From Ascidiella aspersa (Eukaryota), in NCBI GenBank assembly GCA_963924565.1, contig OZ004610.1:12090001-12154000 (forward strand): 64,000 nt of DNA, given 5' to 3'. The first letter of the stretch is position 1. Each line of letters begins with the position of its first letter. The translations under genes and the position numbers were made by a program. Shown one piece after another: positions 32,301 through 44,375 of this stretch. The notes beneath the pieces were generated by a model that was not told the origin of the DNA, ran no database searches, and was given only the letters and a program-made list of their open reading frames with translations.

Positions 32301-35300
32301 GTTGCACACTAAAAAAAATTGAAGCCCTGCTTTACAGAACTATTATGACTGCTTGTTTTAGGTTTTGATAGTTTAACTTCTCATTCCCAAGTTAAATAGT
32401 CGAGAACCTGTTGGCCTCTAAAGTAGGCAGGTAAACTTGTAGATAGACAAAACCCAAACTGGCACTGATTGTCGTGCTGTAATACGATCCAACAGAAAAA
32501 ACGGTAAATACAGGTTTTGCGAAGATTTGCCTTCACGTTACCTCCATTACGTCATTGACTTTGTGCGCAAGCAAAGTTCACCAGCAGCCTTCGCTAGCCA
32601 GCAGCGGGCCCCTCTGAATACTTTAACCGCGTTTTGTTTTACGATATTGTTAGGTTGACGCCACTGGTTAAGGTCAAGCGTGGAAAAATCGCGATTTTTA
32701 GCCTTCGAACGTCAATTTGCGGCATGCGTCGCTCGCCTACGTGTTTTGCCGTTACAAGCGAGAACAAACGGCGATTTTCGTGTTGCGTTCCGCATTTTCG
32801 ACATTCCTGCTGCCTGTTTCGCCCAGCAGCGCTATCTCGTTTGATAACAGCACTGCCTTGCTCGTGAGTGCGTAATGCGCTCTTGTTGTGTGTTTACAGT
32901 TTTTCCCCAAAAGTCTGTTTTTGCCTACGATGTTCAGTTGTTCAGTTATCATACATTCGTCCTAAATAGTCCTAACTGTGCTTCCATAAACAACGACATG
33001 TTTATTCGGAGCCGTGGTGAGCACAATGCTTTCCTTAGCGTAACGGCGTGACCTCTTTTTAATAATGCCACGTATTACCGTTTCCTGGTTTTGTATGCCT
33101 GATGTCTCCCATAACACACAAATTTAGAAAATTTGTAAATTTAAACCCGCAAGATCAATTATTATGCACCCTTCGAAATATTCCTGGTATTTTGTCATTT
33201 TTTTAAAAAACGAGTTTTTGCGTTGGGCGTTGATGCTTTCCCACGCAATTTTAAGTGAGGTTTTGATTACCTAAAGAATTTTCGGGAGACTGTCAAGCTC
33301 TACACTAACCGGCCACAGCGCGCCTGCAAATACCAGGAATCTTCAGGTGCAATGTGAAAGCGATAGTCAAATATTTTAGGAAATAAACCCAACTCCTGAA
33401 GCGTGTACGTTGAAATGATTTATATTAAATGGCAATAATTTACTGATCGCATTTTGCAACCCTATTTGTATTTACTTTGCAGAAAGAAAAGGAAAAGCGC
33501 GAACAGAGAATTCAGCAGAAGACCTTACAACTTCAAGAACTCATACTGCAGGTTTGTTTTCGTTCCATTACGGCGTGCAGCCCATACAGTTTTGGTCGCC
33601 ATCAGCTTTCGCGACGGAAGCTGCGACATCCACCAACCTATAAGTGCGTGCGATAAACACAACCCATATTCGACGGCAATTGTGTAACTTCAGTCTGTAA
33701 CGACGCCCGGCTTTTAACGCCGTGCCTCGCTCGATTGTTAACCTAATTGTTTTTCTAGTGTTTCGATTTCCGTCATTTGTTTAAGCGATTGAAGTGGGAT
33801 TTCTGTATGGCACGACTCCCGTTTGGCTGATGCAGTTTATGCTTAATAAATTATTATCAATATTGAAGATTTGTAAACGGCTCAAGCTAAAACTGCGATC
33901 CGACATGGCTTAAAACACTGTCGAGTGCATTTAATGTGTATTTTCGATGGCTTATTGCTTAACAGGTTGCGCCAAACACCGACCTTTTTCTCATTTGTTT
34001 AGCCATTTTGCTCGGCTTACTTGTTTTTTTTTCGTGTAGTGGAAAAGAAAGTAGACAACTAAAGTGGCCACCAAAATCAAACGTACTGTACGTTTTCCTA
34101 AAAGTTTGCCTAAACAGACATATGACAAACTCACAGGATGTATCTAGCATACCTCGACCTACAGTAAACGATTTTTTTGCGTTTTGCAGCAAATTGCCTT
34201 CAAGAACTTAGTACAGCGCAACAAGCGAATCCAGCAGACCCAAGGCCCGCCAGCCGACAACTCGTCAATCCAGCTGCCTTTCATTATTGTCAACACGAGC
34301 AAAAAAACAGTCATCGACTGCAGCATCTCAAACGACAAGTAAGTTTTGTTTGCAGTCCTTACCTTTACGAATCGATAACGTCTGCCATTCATACACGAAA
34401 AACTGGCACCTGGTTGTCTTGCCGGACGTAATAAACTTTTATTGCTAGTTAATTACCGAAAAAAGGCAGACTCATCTGAACGTTAAAAAGTACATGTTCA
34501 ATTGCTCGTTAATTCCGGTAACAAACCAGGCACCATTCTGGCAGAAATTAGTGGATCGGAGCCATGTCAAAGATAGCTGAACAATTTCGCTAAACAAACC
34601 ATGTCGTGTTCAAGTTAGGAAGGTTTTTGGTAGTAGACTTTTCTAAAAAAGCTTGGCACTTAAACCTAATTTCGAGGGTCCTATTTATATTTTTTATTTC
34701 GTTAGAAAACTATTCCCAGTCGAATCTAATATAGACCTAAGAAACATTTCAGTCGATGTAGGGCAGGGGTTCTTAAACTGAGGTCCATGGACCCTTTGGG
34801 GGTCTGTGAACTAGTTTTAAGGGGTCTATGAAGGCCTAATTGAAATGTTATCATTTTAAAAGAACAATTTAATTATAAATAAAACGGTTTTGCACTGTAT
34901 TTATTTTTACATTTTACTTTTACATTTTTTAAATCAGAATCAACATATATATGGAGTCTATTTGTATTGTGGCGTCAATTTATGCCGCCCTTTTTTGAAA
35001 TGTTCTTACCTACCGTGGTCCACGCGAAGCAAAAAATAGCTGTCCGCGGTAAAAAACAGTTTAAGATCCCCTGACCGAGGGAATAATATTTTCAGTCGGC
35101 AGTAGTATGACTTCATGTTTTACGAAATGCGTTTACCTATACGTTAAGTCGAGCCTTGTCAGCGAACTCTATCAAGCAATGAGCGGCACCTTTCCTTTCA
35201 GGTACGAGTACATGTTCAACTTCGACAACACGTTCGAGATCCACGACGACATCGAGGTGCTGAAGCGCATGGGAATGGCTTACGGGTTGGAAGCTGGCAA

Positions 35301-36430
35301 CTGCACGCCCGAGAACCTCAAGACCGCCCAAACCCTGGTGCCGCCCGTACTCAAGCCCTACTTACGAGGTATTGGCGGTTTATAGTTGAAGCATTTTGCG
35401 CAGTCCTTTCACTGTTGAGGCGAACTTTACTGGTACCTTTTTCACTCTTCGGAAACGACTGGGTTATTGATGTATCACTTTACCGCCCCGGAATATCAGG
35501 CGACTCATTTTACTTTAGATTTTCTTTGAAAAGTCTTTAAGATTTTTTTTAATTGATTCAATTAAAATGTGCGGCAACCCTTGGGCGCAGTTGGCGAAAC
35601 AGACTGAAAGTCGCCTTGAATACTCGCTCGGGAGTTTCCATTTATTTTCGATGCTTTTGCTTTTCTCCAGAAATGGCCGGATGCCGAAGGGAAACAGTTC
35701 CAGCTTCGACTAGCACCAAATATTCTATCCAGGACGCGCCAAGGATTTTACCCTCGTGAGTGCTGGTATATTGTTGCAGCTTGTACGTGTTATGATTTTA
35801 TCACTAAGTACCGCCGTCCAACTTGAATAGCAAAAATTTGCCAAATTGATAAATTTGAAACCTGCTTTTGTTATTTTCAGCTCTTGGGACCAAGTTCTGT
35901 TTTAGTGGTTGGAAGCTTAGTTTCCTTTTTGATTGGATATTTATAGCTAAAAATAATAAATGATCCTGTCACAAAATCGGCGCCGATGTTACTTTGCCTC
36001 GGGAACCTAATCCTAACCAATAATATTGCACATCACTGACCGCGCGCTGATTTTCCGTCTGTTGTTGCGCAGAAGTGAGCTGATGAACGTCGGGGTGGAA
36101 TGTGAGACGATCACGACTCTGGTGGAAGACGGACTGGACCACACGCTGCAACAAACCATCAAGACCGAGCCCGACAACATGCTGGGAACCTGCTTCTCCC
36201 TAAACAGAAACGGTGATCCCGACGACCACGAGGTAGCCATGGTCACCAACAGCAGCCAGGTGGGCAGCAGCTCCTACCTCGCCGGAGGATTTACTTCCTC
36301 GTCCCGTTCCTCCTCCGGGCTTCACAGCGGGCTCCTCTCGTTAACTCCCGGCGGCAGCAGCAGCAACACCGGCATCGAGTCGGACCAGGATTCGTGCGAC
36401 TCGCCGCTCGACGTGGTTTATGACACCTGA
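23381..36430 (+). CDS. TFDP1: Transcription factor DP (E2F dimerization partner), ~607 aa, 12 coding exons
   Basis: join(23381-23644,23716-23770,23947-24080,24290-24468,24735-24788,26492-26660,31270-31410,33483-33551,34190-34338,35202-35368,35671-35755,36073-36430) = 1824 nt in frame. Motifs [81 protein letters not shown]-terminal exons and last two exons rest on splice signals and phase only. Confidence 0.93.
34764..35073. mobile_element. hAT (Charlie-like) MITE in TFDP intron 9
   Basis: TIRs CAGGGGTTCTTAAACT / AGTTTAAGATCCCCTG; degenerate TSD ATGTAGGG / ACCGAGGG; GGTCC motifs. Confidence 0.75.
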
Positions 36431-38720
36431 GCGTCCTCGCGCGGATTTTTAATCTCTCTTAGGACGTGCGCTGCTGGGTGGCTTTGTTGACGACAAGCTT
36501 CTCTTTTGTCCGTTTTGATTACTGGCTAACGGAACTGTCTGCGCAGTCGTGTCCTGACTTACCAAGCCTGTTGTGGGACTTTTGAGGATACGCTATGCGC
36601 CCGATGTGACGCCTATTGTACTTTCGAGCCTACCGCGGGGCATTAATATCAAATGCGTCTCGAGAATTATTAGCCATAAAGTTGTTTGGTTGCGAAAGCT
36701 CGATTACCTTATTAAAAAGCTCAATTCTTTTTACTTAGTCAATGTAGATTTATTGTAATTTCGCATCGGCGGCGTTGTCGCTGTAACATTATACCAAGCC
36801 CGGTATAGGTGTGTTGCTTCACTTGTCACGTGTTTTTGGTCTTCTGCGCTTTTACGTAATCAGATCATACATTGTCTTAGCGATAGAGCTAATGATAAGC
36901 TGGTATCTAGTTCGTGCCGAAGCCCCCAGCCTGATTCACTCCATCTCTTACGTTTGTCACGATTTGTAGCACAAGGTATTTTTCTAGACTGTGTTTCCGT
37001 TTTTGGTCACCGAAAACACCAGGCAAGACTTGGCGGGCGGTGCTTTGTTTGCTTTTGTTGCTTTGGCTCGTTGTTATTACTTCTATTGGAATTCTAAACT
37101 AAGTATGTTGGATTGGTAGTTTCATTTGACAACATTATGTTATTTAAATCGTCTTTGCATTTCAATATATACCTTTTTGCAAGCATATTTATGGAATGCA
37201 TCCAAATTTTGACAGTCAATTACTCATTACCGCAATCCATAAATTTGATTTTAGATTGTGCCTTGCAATAAATATAAACGTATTTATGTATTTGTAGACT
37301 TAAACAAGCGCTATGGAACGTGCTTTGTCAACCAAAGTCTACGAATGCCGTACTTCTTATAATAGTTTCTTGTCTCCCGTCTCCCACCTTACCGTCGTCT
37401 ATGCGCGAGTCGCCATGTACAAAAACTTCCTCTCTCCAAGTTTCAAACTATTGCCTGTTGTCTCGTCGTATTGGTTGTCATTAGGCCAGTTTTCGGCCAC
37501 ATTGAATGTCTCCCATTTTTACCTTTTCCAGTTCCCACCCTGCAGGTCAGTTTAAAAAACGGAGCCGTAAAATAAATTGACGTTCTTCCACTCTGCTGTT
37601 GCGAAGCCGCCTTTGCTTCGGATTTTGGGAAACTGAGCAGTTAGCTTTTTTGCGTTACGTAAAAAAGCACCGTCTAGTAGTTGTTGTTTTGTACGAGTCG
37701 TGCGTGCTCAGGGATGCGCAGCTCCGCCGCTGCCACAAATCGCTTCGCTCGTTACCTTTTCTGGGCGGACGCTAAAGTCGCGCCTACCAGAGAGAGGGGC
37801 CTGGAGACGTTGGTGAAGCTTGGAAAAGTGATCTCCTGTGCTCTCACTCTGTGGACCCGCCTGCCGGCAAACATTGCGAGATTTTCAAATAAGGTTAAAC
37901 TCATAATTTACCCGTGTTCTATTTTGCGCGTTGTATATAGTTGTAAAGTGCGATTTGGTCGGACCTCTCCATTCCCTTGCTTTCTCACGATTAAAGCCGC
38001 GTCGGGTTTAGGATTGAACCTAATTGTCCGCTAAGAAAAAGGCGATTCCCGCGATACAAGGTGTGATGCCACAGTGTAGTGATTGTAACTTTGCGTTTTA
38101 CCACGCGAACTCTTTAGTGCTTTACGCATGTCACCTTTTCCTATCGTACGTATTTTGCATGCGAGCGCCACTTCTTTTTAAGATGGTAAGAATAGTCCGT
38201 TTGTGAACGATTCATTGCGCGCTGAACGTTGCATAATTAACAGCTCGAACAATCCAGCAAACCACGATTTAAAGCGATCTTCGTACGTATGCGCCGTGTT
38301 CGTGTCACCTGCCGTGGATCGCCTTGTATATTCTCCCGTTCACACATTCGAGATATTTTTGTACTTCTTCATTGTCTTCTGCACCGCCCCACCTACTATA
38401 TTAATTCGGACGTCATGCGTCCGCACTTTTAGTAACTGATGTGACGCATTCACGCAACTTTATGGGTGGCGTTGATTCGCTTTCTCTATGTTTTCGCTTT
38501 GCTTTGACGGTTGTTTTGTTACTTATGCTAAACAAATTTATCTTTCCGCCGCGCCGTTATAAAAGCATACAGCGATATTTTATAATTGAGTATATAAAAT
38601 GACGCGCGTTTGGAGTTTCTGGATAATCCCCCTCCTGAACGTCCTCGATTTTACTCTGCGCTGCCTAACTCTGTGGCGTCACTTCATGCAGAAATAAAGA
38701 TTGTGTTTTGTACGCGTTTT
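36431..38720 (+). other. Probable TFDP 3' UTR (~2.3 kb)
   Basis: Non-coding, CpG-rich; AATAAA at 38693-38698 followed by a GT/T-rich tract; alternative AATAAA near 37267. Confidence 0.45.
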
Positions 38721-39963
38721 TTTCAATTTTTGGAGACTAGGAATTGCGAGAGTTTGCGATAATGGAAATGCTCCAGATAAAGCTTCTCGTAAAATATTAC
38801 CAAATATATGCGTTTGCCAAAGTTGGAGATATCATCTTTAGGTTATAATCTCTCTTTGTTTCATTAAATAATTCTAATTCTACAACAACTAGGGCATTGG
38901 TTCTCAAGCGTGGACAGGAAATGTCTTCCAAGGAATTTATTGTGAAAACCTTAAGTTTATAATTGTTTGTATAGAACAAAAAAAACTTCTGTAGTGACTA
39001 GTGTTGTAAAGAGTTTGTTAGAACCATAATCATCTGATCAGGGTGGCAGCGACCAAGCGACACATTTCTGCTGTGTTTACCGCAAAGAGTCACCGATTAC
39101 CTTATATGAAAAACGTCCTTTCGCACTCACATGAACAGATACTGTTTTTTTGCTCAAACAGGTTTATTTTTAATGTTTGACACCAACATGAAAAATTGCA
39201 AGGCATTTAGTGAAATGTGTGTTACAGTCCTACCTAGCGAAACTTATGACAATCCTTGTCATGGGCAGTCCTCTTCAACTCTGGCTAGTTTTCCATTTTT
39301 GTCAATCGAAATAATTCGTCTACATGTGTGTCAATGATAACCCTGTATATTTAAGTTTAATATATCCAAGTGACACAGTATGTCGTCTAAAAAGGCAAAA
39401 TCTTTATTCCATTCGGGGTCGGAGAGCTCGGGTTGTTTTTTAACATTTCCCAAACTTTGGAAATGTTTGGTCAGCTCTTTAAAGCCCTACTGGTGCAAGT
39501 CCCTTTGCCGACCCTATCATGGCTGGCGCTCCATCCGTTGCGCTGGCAGTTAGTTTTGTTATGGGAAGCTTGACTTATAACAAAAAATAGAAAATATGTT
39601 TTAAAACGAGAAATATATTTCTCTTTTTTGTAAAGTATTGTCCTACAGAAAGTTTTCATGCTCCACTGCTTTTTGGCTGCTTGAGCGCGTTTAGTTGCGC
39701 CCCCACGTAAACAAAAAATATTAAAACTACAAGCTCCGACGTTTCACTTGGGCAAACTCCTCTTCGCAAAAAGATGAATGCACTGTGTCCGTTTGAGAAA
39801 CCCCGTTCTAGACGTTTCAGCATAGTTTCAAAGTAAAAGTTTTGAGTTATAAACCAAAGCTGTAACCTATGAAACTGTTACCAGTTTTTAGTTAAATTTT
39901 GCATTTTTTCAGAGATTAAATGTAGTCTTATTATATATAAAATATTTTTTCTGTGCTGCTGGT

Positions 39964-41391
39964 ATGACTGCTCGTCACAATATCGTGGAGTATGTAACAT
40001 ACTGTGTCTTGTACATGGCTGCTGTGCTTTGCAACAAGTACGTTTTGAGCTCCTTAGGTTTTCAATATCCAACTATTTTTCAGGGATGGCAAACCTTGGT
40101 TGCATTTGCCCTTATCTCAATTTTCTCTGGTAAGTATAGTTCTGCTGAAATATGTTCATAAACATATCTTGCCTTACCCCAAATCACTCCCAATATTATT
40201 TTACAATTAGCCAAAAAGGGGCGCTCTTTCACTTATGTACGTGAAAATTAATAAAAAAAAAAACTTTCTTCAAATGCTGCATACCACAACGCACATTGTT
40301 TGGGTTAGGGTGCGGGTTAGCGTTTGGTTGAGGGTGGTTCAAGTTATTATTAATAATAAACATAATAATACTTGACCCACCTTCACCCAAACAATATGCG
40401 TTGTGGTATGCGGTATTATTTTGTTTTATTTTTTGCATAACTTTTCACTTACATAAGTGAAAGAGCGCCCCAAAAGGTTTATGGCAAATTATGTACTGTT
40501 CAAATTCAATTTGGGGCCTAAGTAAAAAGCATTAATTTATAATACTCTTTTTTAGATTTGTTTTATATGTTCCAGTTATGATATTTACAATTACAAATAT
40601 TCTTTGCTTTATACATAGGAAATCAACTCAAAAACATTACGTTGTCAGAACTGATGCCATGGTTTCCTTCTATGATTCTTTATGTTGGAAGTTTGTATTC
40701 TGGCTCAAAAGCTCTTTCACGCACACCTATCCCAGTCTTTCTACTTAGTCATGGTGCTAGCGATGTGATATTAATACTATGTGATGATCACCTTCCAACT
40801 GGTGCTGTTCATTTTGGTATACCCCTTAAAATGACTGCTCTCATGCTTGCACTGTGGAGCATGCTTGTCAATGCTGATTTAGCAGACTTGTCATGGATAA
40901 TGGTGCATGCCGTTTTCTCGGGTTCTTACAGAGCAGTAGCCTACTGGTACACAAGTCCACAGTGGTCATATCCAAACCTTAACCCTGTGCAAAGACAATC
41001 CCTAAACAACTTATGGGGAACTCTCACATTGCTTTCTTCAGCATATATTCTTGGTCACCACAGTGTGGCAATGCAAGAGTTCAACCATTTGGGAAATATA
41101 AACTTCTACATTGGCTGTTTTTGTAGCGGTATCTTAGGTTGGGGAGTGAGTCGGTTGTGGAATAAAATTACTCCTGGAGTGCTGACTTCAACATCCCAAA
41201 TGATTCAAACTGCTGCTAAAGTAATTACTTTGCTTGTGTCTATGCATTTGTACCCAGTTAAGCATACTTTAGTTCTTTGGTTTGCAATTCTATGTGGTGT
41301 AGGAGGTGATATCAGCCATATTGTAGGGAGTATGTTTGATGAAACTGACAATTTAGAACATGAAGTTAGAGATATTCTCATAGGTACTTAA
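39964..41391 (+). CDS. TMEM241: TMEM241/SLC35D4 nucleotide-sugar transporter-like membrane protein, 312 aa, 2 coding exons
   Basis: join(39964-40129,40619-41391) = 939 nt. Motifs NKYVLSSLGFQYPTIFQGWQTL, YSGSKALSRTPIPVFL and GCFCSGILG match TMEM241 as recalled; multiple hydrophobic segments. Confidence 0.88.
40220..40469. mobile_element. Palindromic GGCGCT-ended MITE in the TMEM241 intron, core shared with 21062-21264
   Basis: TIR GGCGCTCTTTCACTTATGTA / TACATAAGTGAAAGAGCGCC; flanks CCAAAAAGG / CCAAAAGG; core TTTGGGTTAGGGTGCGGGTTAGCGTTTGG...ATAATAATACTTGACCCACC. Confidence 0.88.
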
Positions 41392-41980
41392 AAATATTTG
41401 GTCTGAAAAAAATGTGTTACAAAAAAATTGATTTGTCGCTCTGTATTTTTATATGTTATAAAAGAAAACCACTCTTTAACCTCATACAAATTGTTGTCAT
41501 TGTGAGCCACTGTGTCTTTTTTAGTAAATCTCGCTTATGGATGAGAGTTCCGACTTTTATTTGCAGTAATGGCCTGCTCGTTGGGCATTCGCAATATCAT
41601 CTCTTCAACTAAAGTATCATCTCTTCAACCTTTTTATCTGAACTACCATGTTTTCATTTAAATATTTATAGCAAAGTGCAATATTATGCGTTTTACACTT
41701 TTGGTGATGTGAAATAAACTGGAGATAAATAGCATTTTTGTTGCAAAAGGGAAAAAAACATGTCTAATCAGAAAAAAATGGGTTTTACAATTAATCATGG
41801 CACAACCAATAATGTATTGTTATCTTTGACATTCAATTGCAAATAAAACACTTTCCAATAGTTAATGCAGCACAATGTACAACTCAAAACATAAATACAT
41901 ATTACATTCATTACCACATTTGATACATACAGTGGCAGCAATTACACTATCAATAACTGTTTTTTTGATTTGGTTGAGGT

Positions 41981-44375
41981 TTAAAATGTTACAATTCGAC
42001 TTTCATGATGTCCAGCTTTCTTTAAACTAGGCAGGCAAGCCAACTCAACCATCGGTTTTGGACCACAGAGAAACACCATGCTGTCGATGCTTGGCGCAGG
42101 AAGATGTTCTCTAACCATATCCTCTGTGATAAATCCTGTGGAGTATTGCCAACCTAGAAATAGAAACACAATCGTTAAATTATGTAGTAGCAAGCTTACA
42201 CAACACAGTAAACCTGAGATACCTGTAGGGGGCCTGTCCAATGTATACCACAACTTGAAATGTCCTGGATCTTTAGATAAACATTCTTCTAACTCTTTTC
42301 TCACCAAGATATCATCCTCTGTCTGGAAATCATGCACATAATATTTATCACTAACCTTGGATGGCAAATTACCCAGCAGTTTGCTTTCACACATTAACAA
42401 GTTCACTATTTTTTTATTATACAGCTTTAATCTATTACCACCAGCATTATTACCTGATTAGCAAAAATTATCCAGATTTTAGATTTATCTGTTGGATCCT
42501 TCAAACATTGTCTAATTAGCTGTAACATAGGTGTGATTCCTGTTCCACCAGCAATCATTCCAATCTGAATCAATAAGTTTTACAATAAAATTACTGCGAA
42601 GCTATTGTATACTTCTTTTTTGTAATTTTACCTGCTTTGTTCTTTTGCAATAGGAAAGCCCATCCTTAATGTAGCGAACCGAAAAAAGCCCCTTTCTCTT
42701 ATATTTAATCAAACCACTTGGGCCTCGGACATCAACAGTTTGTCCGATGGGAAGGTTTTCTAGGTATTGAGACATTTTTCCACCATCTGGATATTTGGGA
42801 TGTTGATTCCGAAAATATACCTTAAAAAAGTAAAACATCTTATTTTACTACCAAAAAAATATTATCTTCACCTTTGAGTGATCAAAAGTACCAATATTAA
42901 TATAAAGAACTAGAAATAGTCTTCTTATATTTCACATTGATTTTCTTTTTGTTTTCTAATCCACCACAGTTAAGCAAATGAACTCATATTGGAAAAACTT
43001 GATCTTGAAAAAATCAACAAAAGGGTACCTTGATGACAAGGTCCATGTGACCCTTATCATCATCAGAAGTCACCGGTGTGTAAGGTCTCACCACCAACTT
43101 TCCATCTACCGTCGCTGAAAGGAAAATGTGCTTTCCTACTGGTAATCCTAGGATGTGATTGCTTGAAGGCAACTCAAAAATAAATTTCCTGAAAGCCAAA
43201 ATTGAATAGTTGTAAATAGTGACTGCAACTTAAGCTATTTCTTGTTCAGTAGAAGTTTCTTTGGGTGTCTTATAACAGAAATGCCCAAATATAAATAAAT
43301 GGCAATCTTAAGTAGGAGCACTATTTTAAAGCAACTGTTGTTCGGAAAGTATGGCAAGTGCACCGCAATTTTTTTAACAGACTTGACCTGTGCCCCTAAA
43401 AAATTAATATGCAGCCAGTTTTTTTGACCTTAGATGCACCCCAATTTTTTATGACGTTTACCAGTGATATGCCATACTTTTCAGACATGGTATATGTTGT
43501 GCCTTCTGAAAAAGATGCAACTTTCTAATATACATTATATATAAAATTGTCGGAATACAGTACACCAATGAAACTTGAAACAAATTTTTCTTACAACTAT
43601 ACACAGAATTTAATCAAAGTGGGTAGAATTGCCACCGTGATGATTTAACCTTATGAGATAAGCAAACACTGGTACAACTCTAGGTTCTTGAAGCATTTTT
43701 TTTAAATGTCTGTCTAAGAAATGGTCTTTCGAAGAGCCTACTAAACACTAGGTTTTATAGTGGACCCCTGTCCTAAAGCTGTTGCACTACTCATGTTTCA
43801 CATTTCAAGTTATCATGGTTAATCAGACAAAAATACAAATCTATAATATACATTATTGGTAATGCTACCAAATTACTTTTACCAAGCATGTGTTTAACTT
43901 AATTTTTATGTTTGCATGTCGATTTCAATCAATTTATTTTATTTAAACCTGGTGTTGTGTGATATTCTGTCTTTGCGTACAAGCTTGAGAGGGTACTTGA
44001 CTTCAGGATCAACCAGAGTTATTGGCGCTTCACTGTTGCATAGTTTATCAGCAAATAGAGCCGCTGCAGTGGCTGCTACCGCAGTGAGGCCGAATCCAAC
44101 TATTGAAGCTGTAGACTGTCACAATAATTAAGAAATGCTTAACGGGTTGTTGGGGTTAAGCAATCAGTTTTTAAATAACACTAGTTGCGTTAACAGATTC
44201 TTTACATATCTGCCCATAACAATCAGCTGAAGTTTATTGCCCAGCAGTTTAGTTGTATAATTTCTTAACGAAACGCCGTTTAAGATATTGATGAAAACAG
44301 CAAGGCTTGCGTTAACTAGCAATCTATTTCGTTAAATAAAACGATACTTACAGGTGGTTTAACTTCGGACGACAT
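41981..44375 (-). CDS. CYB5R3: NADH-cytochrome b5 reductase (CYB5R1/2/3 family), 307 aa, 7 exons
   Basis: complement join(44352-44375,43949-44115,43029-43188,42632-42820,42454-42564,42223-42322,41981-42153) = 924 nt. Motifs [56 protein letters not shown]; N-terminal hydrophobic anchor. Exact paralogue assignment uncertain. Confidence 0.93.
43339..43487. mobile_element. Short degenerate inverted-repeat element in CYB5R intron 2
   Basis: TGTTCGGAAAGTATGGCA ... TGCCATACTTTTCAGACA inverted pair; no clear TSD. Confidence 0.45.

Noticed and set aside
35976-36045. miR-92/miR-32-like sequence TATTGCACATCACTGA
   Set aside because: No convincing complementary arm for a pre-miRNA hairpin; overlaps the likely intron branch point.
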